Assembly (NCBI GenBank): GCA_947501605.1
Contig: CANMWZ010000002.1
Location: 1 to 64,000 of the forward strand
DNA: 64,000 bases
Reading direction: 5' to 3'
DNA from: Planctomycetota bacterium
Lineage (GTDB): Bacteria > Planctomycetota > UBA1135 > UBA2386
The first letter of the stretch is position 1. Every line of letters starts with the position of its first letter. Both the position numbers and the translations under genes were made by a program. The notes under the pieces are model-generated. The model was given only the letters and a program-made list of their open reading frames with translations, searched no databases and was not told where the DNA came from. Positions 1 through 8,756 of this stretch are shown piece after piece.

Positions 1-645
1 GGCATCGGTCTGGCCGTGTTCTATGCGACGCACGCGCCAGCTTCGCCCTTCGGGAAGAGCGACGAAGTGTTCCTCGACTTCATCATCCACCACACGCCAA
101 CGGGCGTGCTCGGCATCGTCTTGGGTGCAGTGTTCTCGGCGGCCATGTCGACTCTGAGCAGTTCGCTCAACTCGTCGGCCTCAGCCTTCGTCAACGACAT
201 CTGGTTGCCCCTGCGCGGCATGACGACTGAACATCCGAGCGGCCTCGCGACCGCGAAAGTGGCGACGCTCGGATTCGGTGCGCTCCAGATCGGGGTCGGG
301 TGCAGCGGCCTTGGTGGCGGAGCCATCGTCGGTCAGGTACTCGGCATCGCCTCGTTCACGACTGGCATCCTCCTCGGGATCTACGCGCTCGGCATCGCCA
401 CGGCGCGCGTGAAGCAGAACCACGCGCTGTTCGGCCTTGGCTGCGGCCTCCTGGTCGACTGCCTGCTGAAGTTCGGGCTGCCAAGTATCGCCTCGTCCGA
501 CCCGTCGAGCCCCTTGACGTTGGCGGCGATGTGGCTTGAACCATCGAAGCTCGCTTGGCCTTGGTATGGCCTCGTCGGCAGCAGCACAACCTTCGTCTGC
601 GGCCTGCTCGCCTCCTATCTCTTCCCTCCTCGCCCGGCGCCATGA
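1..645 (+). CDS. Sodium:solute symporter (SSS family), C-terminal part; 5' end lies outside the window
   Basis: Open frame from base 1; hydrophobic multi-TM sequence with the SSS motif GIVLGAVFSAAMSTLSSSLNSSAS and a C-terminal AWPWYGLVG; stop overlaps the next ATG (ATGA at 642-645). Confidence 0.88.
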   Translation, partial: GIGLAVFYATHAPASPFGKSDEVFLDFIIHHTPTGVLGIVLGAVFSAAMSTLSSSLNSSASAFVNDIWLPLRGMTTEHPSGLATAKVATLGFGALQIGVGCSGLGGGAIVGQVLGIASFTTGILLGIYALGIATARVKQNHALFGLGCGLLVDCLLKFGLPSIASSDPSSPLTLAAMWLEPSKLAWPWYGLVGSSTTFVCGLLASYLFPPRPAP

Positions 646-1829
646 CACACCTGCGCTGTTTTGGATTGTTCTTCTGGTGCGCGCTGCCGCTCAGCGCGCA
701 GGTACTCACCGGCATCGACGTACTGGCGCGCGACCAGGGCAAGCAACTGCAAGGCTGCAACGTCGGCCTCATCACCAACCACACCGGCATCGCCGGCGAC
801 GGCCGCCGCACCATCGACGTGCTGAAGGCGCTGCCCGGCGTGACGCTGCGCGCGATCTTCTCACCAGAGCACGGACTGCAGGGCAAACTCGATCGCGACG
901 GGATCGGTCACGATCGCGATGCGACCACCGGGTTGCCGGTCTGGTCGCTCTACGGCGAGACGCGCAAGCCCACTGAGGCGATGCTGAAGGACGTCGACAC
1001 GTTGGTGTTCGACATCCAAGACATCGGCTGCCGGTTCTACACCTACGTCTCGACCATGGGGAACTGCCTCGAAGCGGCGGCGGATCACCAACTGCGCTTC
1101 GTCGTGCTCGACCGCCCCAATCCCATCGGCGGACTCGCCATGGCCGGCCCGATCCTCGACCAGGGCACCGAGTCGTTCATCGGCTGGCACCGCATCCCCG
1201 TGCGCCACGGCATGAGTGCGGGCGAGCTGATGCGGATGTTCCAAGGCGAACGCGGGATTCGGGTCGATGCCCAAGTGATCGCCTGCGAGGGCTGGGCGCG
1301 CGGCGACACCTTTGACCGCACGGGTCTCCGCTGGATCGACCCATCGCCCAACATGCGCAGCCTGACAGAGGCGCTGCTCTATCCCGGCATCGGCCTGCTC
1401 GAAGGTACGAACCTGTCGGTTGGTCGCGGTACGGACACCCCGTTCGAACGCCTCGGCGCACCGTGGTGCGACGGTGGCCGCCTCGCCGCGGTCCTGCGCG
1501 ACCAGAACCTGGCCGGCGTTGCCTTCGTACCGATTCGCTTCACACCATCGGCGAGCAAGTTCGAGGGCAAGGAATGCAGCGGCATCCAGATCGCAGTGAC
1601 CGACTGGAAGACCTTCGAACCGGTTCTCACCGGCATCGCCATCGCCGGCGCCCTGCGCTTTCTGCACCCGGACGACTGGAAGACCGACAAGCTCAACTGG
1701 TTGTTGAAGTCTGTGGGCACCGAGGCAGCTGTGCTGAAGGGCGAGTCGGCGACGGCAATCGCCAAGTCCTGGCAGCAGGACCTCGAGGTCTTCCGCATGC
1801 GGCGCAAGCAGTACTTGCTCTACCCCTGA
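642..1829 (+). CDS. namZ: Exo-beta-N-acetylmuramidase NamZ family (DUF1343), with signal peptide
   Basis: Motifs GLITNHTG, IFSPEHG, SLYG, FDIQDIGCRFYTY, LDRPNPIGG, RHGM, PSPN, EGTNLSVGRGT, C-terminal YLLY. Start set at ATG 642 (ATGA overlap); signal MTHLRCFGLFFWCALPLSA|Q. Confidence 0.92.
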   Translation: MTHLRCFGLFFWCALPLSAQVLTGIDVLARDQGKQLQGCNVGLITNHTGIAGDGRRTIDVLKALPGVTLRAIFSPEHGLQGKLDRDGIGHDRDATTGLPVWSLYGETRKPTEAMLKDVDTLVFDIQDIGCRFYTYVSTMGNCLEAAADHQLRFVVLDRPNPIGGLAMAGPILDQGTESFIGWHRIPVRHGMSAGELMRMFQGERGIRVDAQVIACEGWARGDTFDRTGLRWIDPSPNMRSLTEALLYPGIGLLEGTNLSVGRGTDTPFERLGAPWCDGGRLAAVLRDQNLAGVAFVPIRFTPSASKFEGKECSGIQIAVTDWKTFEPVLTGIAIAGALRFLHPDDWKTDKLNWLLKSVGTEAAVLKGESATAIAKSWQQDLEVFRMRRKQYLLYP

Positions 1830-1839
1830 GGACCACATC

Positions 1840-3009
1840 ATGCCGGTAACCCTTGGCCTCGAACTCGCGCTCGATGCGACCCCGGACCCGATCCGCAACA
1901 GCCGCGGCTTCGGCCTCCTCAGCAACCAGGCCTCGGTGGATCGGACCTTTCGCCACGCTGCCGACCTGCTGCACGGGCGCTATCCCAACCGACTGCAGAA
2001 GTTGTTTTCGCCGCAACATGGCCTGTGGTCGACGCAGCAGGACAACATGATCGAAACGGGGCACGGCACGCACCCGCGCCTGCATCTCCCGATTCACAGC
2101 CTCTACTCCGAGACGCGGCGACCGTCGCAGCAAATGCTCGACGGCCTCGACCTCTTGGTCATCGACCTGCAAGACGTCGGCACGCGCGTCTACACCTGGA
2201 TCTGGACCATCGTGCACTGCCTCGAGGCGTGCGTGCAGAAGGGCATCCCGGTGCTCGTGCTCGACCGCCCGAACCCGCTGGGCGGCGAGTTGGTCGAAGG
2301 CCCGGCTCTCGATCTCCGCTACCGCAGCTTCGTCGGCCTCGCCTCGATCCCGATGCGCCATGGCTTGACGCTGGGCGAACTCACACGCTGCGTCAACGAC
2401 CAACTCGGCATCGGCGCCGAGGTGCACGTGCAAGCCATGCACGGTTGGTCCCGGTCGATGCTGTGGAAGGACACGGGCCGCGTCTTCGTGCCACCGTCGC
2501 CAAACCTGCCGCGCCTTGAAGGCGTGCAGGTCTACCCTGGTCAGGTGCTGCTCGAAGGCACCAACCTGTCCGAAGGCCGCGGCACGACGACACCCTTCGA
2601 GCAATGGGGCGCGCCGTTCGTCGACCCGTACCAGTTGCTCGCGATCTTGGCGCCGCGCGACCTCGAGGGCGTGACGCTGCGGCCGGTGGAGTTCGAGCCG
2701 ACCTTCCACAAATGGCGCGGCGAGACCTGCCGCGGCTTCTGGCTGCACGTCACCGATGCGCACACCTTCCGGCCCTACCGCACGACGCTGGCACTGCTGC
2801 GCGCCGTGCAGGAGTTGTGGCCCACAGAGTCGAAGTGGCGGCAGCCGCCGTACGAGTACGAGAACGAGCTGACCCCGATCGACATCCTCTGCGGCACCGG
2901 CGACGTGCGGCAGTGGGTCGAAGAATCCGGACCGTGGACCCGCCTCGACGCGCTCGCCGCAGCCCCCACGGACTGGTGGTCGTCGATGCGTCGCTGGCTG
3001 CTCTACTGA
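1840..3009 (+). CDS. namZ: Second NamZ-family (DUF1343) protein, no signal peptide
   Basis: Motifs GLLSNQAS, FSPQHG, SLYSETRRP, DLQDVGTRVYT, LDRPNPLGG, PSPNLP, EGTNLSEGRGT, WLLY; SD-like GAGG upstream. Confidence 0.92.
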   Translation: MPVTLGLELALDATPDPIRNSRGFGLLSNQASVDRTFRHAADLLHGRYPNRLQKLFSPQHGLWSTQQDNMIETGHGTHPRLHLPIHSLYSETRRPSQQMLDGLDLLVIDLQDVGTRVYTWIWTIVHCLEACVQKGIPVLVLDRPNPLGGELVEGPALDLRYRSFVGLASIPMRHGLTLGELTRCVNDQLGIGAEVHVQAMHGWSRSMLWKDTGRVFVPPSPNLPRLEGVQVYPGQVLLEGTNLSEGRGTTTPFEQWGAPFVDPYQLLAILAPRDLEGVTLRPVEFEPTFHKWRGETCRGFWLHVTDAHTFRPYRTTLALLRAVQELWPTESKWRQPPYEYENELTPIDILCGTGDVRQWVEESGPWTRLDALAAAPTDWWSSMRRWLLY

Positions 3010-3124
3010 GCACGCTCGCCGCGCTGGTTGCTTCGCGCGCACCGATCTTGCTGCGTCGGCTGCGGTGATCACGTCGTCTCCCCTGAGGCAGGTGTCCCCA
3101 CACCTCTCCACAAGGAGCCGAACC

Positions 3125-3505
3125 GTGAACCTCGCGACCCTGACTGCTCTCTCGACCCTCTGCGTTTCCTTGCTCTGCCCGACTGCCATGGCACAGCAGA
3201 AGCAGACGCCCCCGATCGTCCTGATGCAGGCGATCGACCACGACCTCGTCGCAGAGGTTCGCGCCGATGGTGACTACCTCGGGGTGCTCGTACTCGCGTT
3301 CGAGGCCGACGAGGCCAAGCTCCTACCGGGGCTGCCGCCGCTGCTCCTGCACGGCATCGTCGCCGCCTACGGCCTGTCTGCCGCCGGGCAGTTGACATTC
3401 ATGCTGCCAACGAAGGGCCTGCACAGCGTGTTGGTCCACGGCCAGGCGCTGCTGTTTGGCAGTGAACTCCGCGCCACGCCGAGCACGGAGCTGGTGATCC
3501 CGTGA
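3125..3505 (+). CDS. Small exported hypothetical protein (paralog of 3667-4113)
   Basis: AAGGAG upstream of GTG 3125; signal peptide ending PTAMA|Q; shares the LPP.L..G...A.G....G.L.F..P...VHGQAL pattern with the next gene. Confidence 0.75.
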   Translation: MNLATLTALSTLCVSLLCPTAMAQQKQTPPIVLMQAIDHDLVAEVRADGDYLGVLVLAFEADEAKLLPGLPPLLLHGIVAAYGLSAAGQLTFMLPTKGLHSVLVHGQALLFGSELRATPSTELVIP

Positions 3506-3666
3506 CCGCGGGGCAGCTAGCCCGCGCGGTTGATCGTTCCCCGCTCGGGGATTTGGTAGCGCCGGACCTGCGCTGCCGCCGCTGGTTCCCCTAGTCAACC
3601 ATCCGACCCATTTCGGACCACCCAGACCTCAACCCAACCCGACCCCAACCACGGAGCCCGCTGATC

Positions 3667-4113
3667 ATGAAGTTCTTCCAAGTCCCCCTGTCCCGCCTCC
3701 TGCTCGCGATCCTCGCCTCGTCCGCTGCTGCGCAAGAGGTCGCACGGCTTCGACCCACGTTCGCCTCCGAGCCTGGGATCCAGGTGCCAGCGCCCAAGCC
3801 CGCCACGGTGTTCCCCGAACTGGCTCTCGCGGCTGCGGGCAAGGACCTCGCCGCGACGATCGCTGGTCCAACCGAGTTCTTCGGCGGGCTGTTGCTGTCG
3901 CCGTCGCCGACGCTGCGGCACTTCCTGCTCGATCTGCCGCCCATGCTCGACGACGGCGTGCTGGTCGCAACCGGCAAGGCCGTCGACGGCCGTCTCGAGT
4001 TCGTGATTCCAGGGCTGGGACGGCTGCCGTTTGCCGTGCACGGTCAAGCGCTCGTGTTGCACGCAGGCCGGATCACGGCAAGCGAAGTGGTCACCCTGAC
4101 CCCGACCAAGTGA
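3667..4113 (+). CDS. Small exported hypothetical protein (paralog of 3125-3505)
   Basis: GGAG upstream; signal peptide MKFFQVPLSRLLLAILASSAAA|Q; clear similarity to the upstream gene. Confidence 0.8.
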   Translation: MKFFQVPLSRLLLAILASSAAAQEVARLRPTFASEPGIQVPAPKPATVFPELALAAAGKDLAATIAGPTEFFGGLLLSPSPTLRHFLLDLPPMLDDGVLVATGKAVDGRLEFVIPGLGRLPFAVHGQALVLHAGRITASEVVTLTPTK

Positions 4114-4161
4114 CGTGGCGCCAGCAGCCACTCTCGGCACTCGGGCGCGCCCGCCGCTAGG

Positions 4162-7100
4162 ATGACGCGCCTCATGCCGATGCTGTCTTTGCGCCTACTG
4201 ACCGCCATCGCGACCCTGATGCTGCTCGGCGCGCTGCCGGCGCAGGGTGCGCTGTTCTTGCGGCAGGGCGATCTCGTGCGCGCAACGCCACTCGACCTCG
4301 ACGTCCGCGCCGCGATCGAACGCTTGTGCAGAGGTCCCACCCCGCACGAACGAGCGCAGGGCCTCGAGAGCGCCGTGCCGCCGGGCACGACCTTGCTGCA
4401 GGTGCGGCACGAGGGCCACGCACTCGTGTTGGTGTTCGACGAAGTGCTGCTGCTCGCAGCCGCGTCGGGTCGCATCGAGGCTGCCATCGAACAACTGACG
4501 AAGAGCGCCTTCGACACTGCCGCGCAACAAGGGCTGGCGATCACGACCGTGCACTTGCACATCCACAAAGACGGCGAGGAGCGCGACCTGACCCAGCGAC
4601 TGCGGCGAGGTCCAACCGCCGCCATCGCAGAACCCAGCGCCGCCCCGCAGGCGCGCGTCGTCGGGCAGATCGGGGCGCTGTCGGGTGTGCGCATCGCGAT
4701 CTCGCCGGGCCATGGCTACTACTGGCACAGCACGTTTGGTTGGACCACGCAGCGCGGCTTCATCGACGGCACGGTCGAAGACCTCCACACCGCCGAGATC
4801 TGCAACGACTTCGTGATCCCGATGTTGCAGAACCTCGGTGCCGACATCGTTCTGTGCCGCGAGCACGGCGAGATCAGCAGTGAAGTGATCGGCGACAATG
4901 ACAATGGAGCGCCCCTATACAGCGAGTCGGGCGGCTTCAGTCTGTCGGCATCGTCTGGCTACAACGGCCTCAGCTATCGCTTTGCCAGCATCACAGCGGT
5001 GCCGACGGCGACGGCGACCTGGACCCTCAGCGTCCCGCGCGATGGCGTCTACCCGGTCTACGTCTACTTCCGTGCCGGGGTCAACCGCAGCACCGCCGCG
5101 CGCTACTCGGTAGTGCACACTGGCGGCACCACGGTGCACGAAGTCGATCAGACGGTGGACGATCGCACTTGGGTCTGGCTCGGGGACTACGCCTTTGCCG
5201 CCGCACTGCCGGCCCAGATCGTGCTCGACAACCAGAGCAGCAACGGCAGCGTCGTCATTGCCGATGCCGTGCGCGTCGGTGCCGGCAATGGCTCGCTCGT
5301 CCGCGGGACTGGCACGAGCGGTCAAGCACGCTGGCGCGAGGCCTCGCGCTACTGGGCCCAGTACAACGGCGCCCCCAGCACCGTGTGGGACAACACGGCT
5401 GGTGGTCAGGACAACGATGACGACGTGACCTGCCGACCGCGCTTTGCCGAATGGCGCAGCGCCGACGCCTACCTCTCCTTGCACACGAATGCCGGTGGTG
5501 GTGCGGGCACCTCGACCTACATCCACGACACGGCCCCGAGTGCGGGCTCTACCACCCTGCGGTCGCGCATTCACACGCAGATCGTCGCCGACGTACGTGC
5601 CGACTACGCTCCCACCTGGACGGACCGCGGCCAGCTGTCGGCCAACTTTGGCGAAGTGCGCGAGCTGACCACGATGCCCGGCGTGCTGATCGAGCTCGCG
5701 TTCCACGACACCGTCGGCTCCCTCGACCTCAACGCGATCCACGACCCGCGCTTCCGCTACACCGCCGGTCGCGCCATTGCGCGCGGCGTGCTGCGCTACT
5801 TCCAGCCTGCAGCCGTTTTCCCACCCGAACCGCCGATCTCGCTGCGCGTGCTCCAAGACGGCGCGCGCGGTCTGCGCGTCAGTTGGAACGCCGCCGCGAA
5901 CGCGACGAGCTACATCGTCGAGTGGTCCCCAGATGGCAAGGGGTTCGTACCAGCAGCGACGGTCACCGGCACCACAACGTGGTCCACGGGGGCGCTGCCG
6001 TTCGACGCGATGGTGTCTTTCCGGGTGCGCGCCCAGAACGTCTCCGGCCAAAGCGTGCCGACCGAAGTCCTGACCGCCGGCACCGACCACTTGGGACAAG
6101 CACAGGTGTTGCTCGTGCAGGGCTTTGACCGCTTGAGCCGCCAGGTGCCAGTGCGCGCCAACACCAAGGACTTCCTCGCGCGTTTTGGCCAGGCGATTCG
6201 CGGCGCCCCGTTCTCTGTGGGTTTTGACGCGTGCACCAATGACGCGGTGCGCACCGGGCAAGTGCTGCTCGCCAACTACCGAGCCGTGATCTGGGCCTCG
6301 GGGGAAGAGAGCACCACCGACGAGTCGTTCGACGCGACGGAGCAGTTCCTGCTCACGGGCTACCTCAATGTTGGCGGTCGGCTGTTCTGCAGCGGCGCCG
6401 AGATCGGCTGGGACCTCGATGCCCAGGGCTCCGTCAGCGACCGCGCGTTCTTGAACAACCAACTCGGGGTCAGCTACGTGAGCGACGACTCCGGGGTCTA
6501 CACCCTGCAGGCCGGCGTCGCCGGTTCGATCTTCCAGGGGCTCGCCGCGGCGCAGTTCGACAACGGCACCTTTGGCGCCTACGACGTCGACTTCCCCGAC
6601 GTGCTCGCGCCGTTCTCGGCCCAGAGCACCGTGTGCTTGCGCTACGGCAACGGGCTGGTGGCCGGAGTGCAACGCAGCCAGGGCAATGCCCGCGTGCTGA
6701 CACTCGGTTTCCCGTTCGAGACCATCACCGACGCCGCCGTGCGTGCCGAAGTGATGCGCCGAGCCCTGTTGTTCGTACTCGACCCGTTGCCGATCTCGTG
6801 CCCGCCGACCGTTGCGCTCGGCCAGCGGCTGCAACTGCAGATCGACGCACCCGCCGACCCCAACGAGCTCTACCTGACGCTGTGCAGCTATGCGCGAGCC
6901 CCTGGCATCGCACTCCCTGGCGGCGGCCTCCTGCCGCTGCAGTACTCGTTCCTGATCGACGCGAGCCTCGATCCCGCGACCCCGGTGTTCGGCGGCTTCC
7001 TCGGCACCCTCGATGCCGCCGGCCGCGCCAGTCCGTTCGTCGACGTGCCGCCGCTGTCGTTCTTGATCGGCCTGCCGCTCTACTTCAGCGGACTCACGGC

Positions 7101-7164
7101 TCCGATCGGCCCGTTCGTCGAAGATCGCGTGTTCAACTGGGTCGGCGCGGTCATCACGCCGTAG
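4162..7164 (+). CDS. Multidomain N-acetylmuramoyl-L-alanine amidase (GerMN + Amidase_3 with golvesin-like insert + FN3 + GATase-like fold + C-terminal module)
   Basis: Signal peptide; GerMN-like AAIERLCRGPTPHERAQGLESAVPPGT; Amidase_3 Zn motifs ISPGHG, EDL, SLHTNA, GVLIELAFHD; golvesin-like ATWT..P.DG.YPVYV...VVIADAVR; FN3 VSWNAAANATSYIVEWS. True start may be ATG 4174. Confidence 0.85.
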   Translation: MTRLMPMLSLRLLTAIATLMLLGALPAQGALFLRQGDLVRATPLDLDVRAAIERLCRGPTPHERAQGLESAVPPGTTLLQVRHEGHALVLVFDEVLLLAAASGRIEAAIEQLTKSAFDTAAQQGLAITTVHLHIHKDGEERDLTQRLRRGPTAAIAEPSAAPQARVVGQIGALSGVRIAISPGHGYYWHSTFGWTTQRGFIDGTVEDLHTAEICNDFVIPMLQNLGADIVLCREHGEISSEVIGDNDNGAPLYSESGGFSLSASSGYNGLSYRFASITAVPTATATWTLSVPRDGVYPVYVYFRAGVNRSTAARYSVVHTGGTTVHEVDQTVDDRTWVWLGDYAFAAALPAQIVLDNQSSNGSVVIADAVRVGAGNGSLVRGTGTSGQARWREASRYWAQYNGAPSTVWDNTAGGQDNDDDVTCRPRFAEWRSADAYLSLHTNAGGGAGTSTYIHDTAPSAGSTTLRSRIHTQIVADVRADYAPTWTDRGQLSANFGEVRELTTMPGVLIELAFHDTVGSLDLNAIHDPRFRYTAGRAIARGVLRYFQPAAVFPPEPPISLRVLQDGARGLRVSWNAAANATSYIVEWSPDGKGFVPAATVTGTTTWSTGALPFDAMVSFRVRAQNVSGQSVPTEVLTAGTDHLGQAQVLLVQGFDRLSRQVPVRANTKDFLARFGQAIRGAPFSVGFDACTNDAVRTGQVLLANYRAVIWASGEESTTDESFDATEQFLLTGYLNVGGRLFCSGAEIGWDLDAQGSVSDRAFLNNQLGVSYVSDDSGVYTLQAGVAGSIFQGLAAAQFDNGTFGAYDVDFPDVLAPFSAQSTVCLRYGNGLVAGVQRSQGNARVLTLGFPFETITDAAVRAEVMRRALLFVLDPLPISCPPTVALGQRLQLQIDAPADPNELYLTLCSYARAPGIALPGGGLLPLQYSFLIDASLDPATPVFGGFLGTLDAAGRASPFVDVPPLSFLIGLPLYFSGLTAPIGPFVEDRVFNWVGAVITP

Positions 7165-7183
7165 CGAGTACCGGAGCTCCTGG

Positions 7184-8131
7184 TCACAGCTCGACGCCTT
7201 CGCCAAGTTGCGCCAGCCCAAACCCTCGCCGCTCGATCGCGGCGCGCAGCACTTCGTCGTGCAGCACCGGGTTCGTGTGATTGCAATGGAGGAAGCGCAC
7301 GCAGCCGCCCTTCGCCGCTGCCGTCGTCTCCAAGCGCGCCATGGTGTCGGTCATCAGCGGATGGCGGATCTCGGCGAGGTCGCGCTCGGGCAACTCGCGT
7401 CCGTCGTAGAAGGTGCCATCGATGTAGGCGACATCGACTCCGTGCATGAGTTGCTGCAGGAGTCCTGGGGCACGGTCCCACGCATCGACATCCGGGACGA
7501 ACAGAACCCGCCGTCTGGGCCCCACCAGCACGTAGGCCATCGTGTCGGAGAACTCGTCGCGGTGCGGCACGGAGAACGTCAGCACCAAGAGTCCTGGTAG
7601 CGGCTCGATCGCGACCCCGGGTGCAAACGGGTGGAGTGCAAGCTGGCCCAGTTCCACCAGCTGTTTCCACGGCCCGTTCGCGGTCAGGAACGCCGCCATG
7701 CGTTGCGAGCAGTGCGTCGCAACGCCGCGGCTCGCCGCGACCTCGCGGCCAAACAGCGCGAGTCCGAGGTAGTGGCCGATGTGAGCGTGGGTCAACAGCA
7801 CGGCGTCGACCGGCTGGCGGCCGCGGCCGGTAGTTCCGGCAAGGCGGTGGAATAGGGCCAGTTGCTCTTCGATCCTCGGCGTCGCTTCGATCAGCAGCAA
7901 CGCGCCACTCTCGCGGTCGACGACACCAAGGCTCGCCGGATGCAGCGTGCGCCCGGTGCGCCGCGCCTCGCTACAGCACTGCCGGTCGCAGCCAAGGTGC
8001 GGCATCCCGCCGTCCTGCGCCGTGCCGAGCACGAACAACGCAAAGCGCGAACTCACGGCGGCCTCGGGCCGCACCGCGCACGCGGGCAACAGCAGGGCGA
8101 GCCAGAGCGCCAACCCCGCTCGCTGCCTCAC
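7184..8131 (-). CDS. MBL-fold metallo-hydrolase, PqqB-like, probable lipoprotein
   Basis: LGTAQDGGMPHLGC, THAHIGHYLG, VPHRDEFSDT, IDGTFY, HCNHTNP; GTG start at 8131 overlaps the upstream stop; lipobox-like LLLPAC. Confidence 0.82.
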   Translation of the reverse strand: MRQRAGLALWLALLLPACAVRPEAAVSSRFALFVLGTAQDGGMPHLGCDRQCCSEARRTGRTLHPASLGVVDRESGALLLIEATPRIEEQLALFHRLAGTTGRGRQPVDAVLLTHAHIGHYLGLALFGREVAASRGVATHCSQRMAAFLTANGPWKQLVELGQLALHPFAPGVAIEPLPGLLVLTFSVPHRDEFSDTMAYVLVGPRRRVLFVPDVDAWDRAPGLLQQLMHGVDVAYIDGTFYDGRELPERDLAEIRHPLMTDTMARLETTAAAKGGCVRFLHCNHTNPVLHDEVLRAAIERRGFGLAQLGEGVEL

Positions 8132-8685
8132 TTCGCTTCGAGCTGCAGGCGCAGCTTGGAGAGACTTGCTTCCTGGAACTGACGCGCCGTTTCCTGCTGC
8201 GCGCCAAACCACGCAAACCAACGCTCGGTCAGCCCGTCGAGCATGCTCTCGTCGCGCCACGTGACCGTGCTGCCGCCATCGGTGGCCACCGCCGTCAACG
8301 TACCCCGACCACGCACGCGCAGTTCGGAGTCCTTGCCGAGGCGGCTCAAGAACTCATAGTCGACGCCATCGCTGCGCACGACGGCGAGGCGCAGCGCCGC
8401 CTCGTTGGCATCCGAGCGCCAGCGGAGCAGGTGCCCGACCGTTCCCTTGTCGCCTTCGACCTCGACCTTGGTGTCGCTGCGCGTGGTACCAGCAACGGTC
8501 GTCCACTGCTGCCAACTATGGAAGTCGGACAACATCGGCAACACCCGCTCGGGGGCTCCCGGCACGACCTGCTGCGACTGCACGCTCCAGGTGTTGGGCA
8601 AGCAGGAGCCAAGAACAAAGTAGACCAGCACCACGAAGCACACAGCGACGAAGGCAATGCGGAGCTCGCGAGAAAGGGACATCAC
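8128..8685 (-). CDS. SRPBCC (polyketide cyclase/START-like) family protein with N-terminal membrane anchor
   Basis: N-terminal TM helix, then LP..WSV....V..APERV...LSDF.SWQQW, GSTVTW and C-terminal helix FQEASLSKLR. Confidence 0.75.
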   Translation of the reverse strand: MMSLSRELRIAFVAVCFVVLVYFVLGSCLPNTWSVQSQQVVPGAPERVLPMLSDFHSWQQWTTVAGTTRSDTKVEVEGDKGTVGHLLRWRSDANEAALRLAVVRSDGVDYEFLSRLGKDSELRVRGRGTLTAVATDGGSTVTWRDESMLDGLTERWFAWFGAQQETARQFQEASLSKLRLQLEAK

Positions 8686-8756
8686 GATGGCGACCGTAGC
8701 CGATGGCCGCGGTGCCTGCCATCGCGCATCGGTGGGTCGCGACGTATCGTGCGCGG

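Noticed and set aside
4915..7221. 768-aa antisense ORF, and similar long shadow ORFs (8682-10160, 28668-30515, 52160-53644, 58313-59740)
   Set aside because: They lie opposite well-supported genes and show no family motifs; long stop-free antisense frames are expected from high-GC codon bias.
7184..8131. PQQ biosynthesis
   Set aside because: Only a PqqB-like fold is present; there are no other pqq genes in the window and the protein appears exported.
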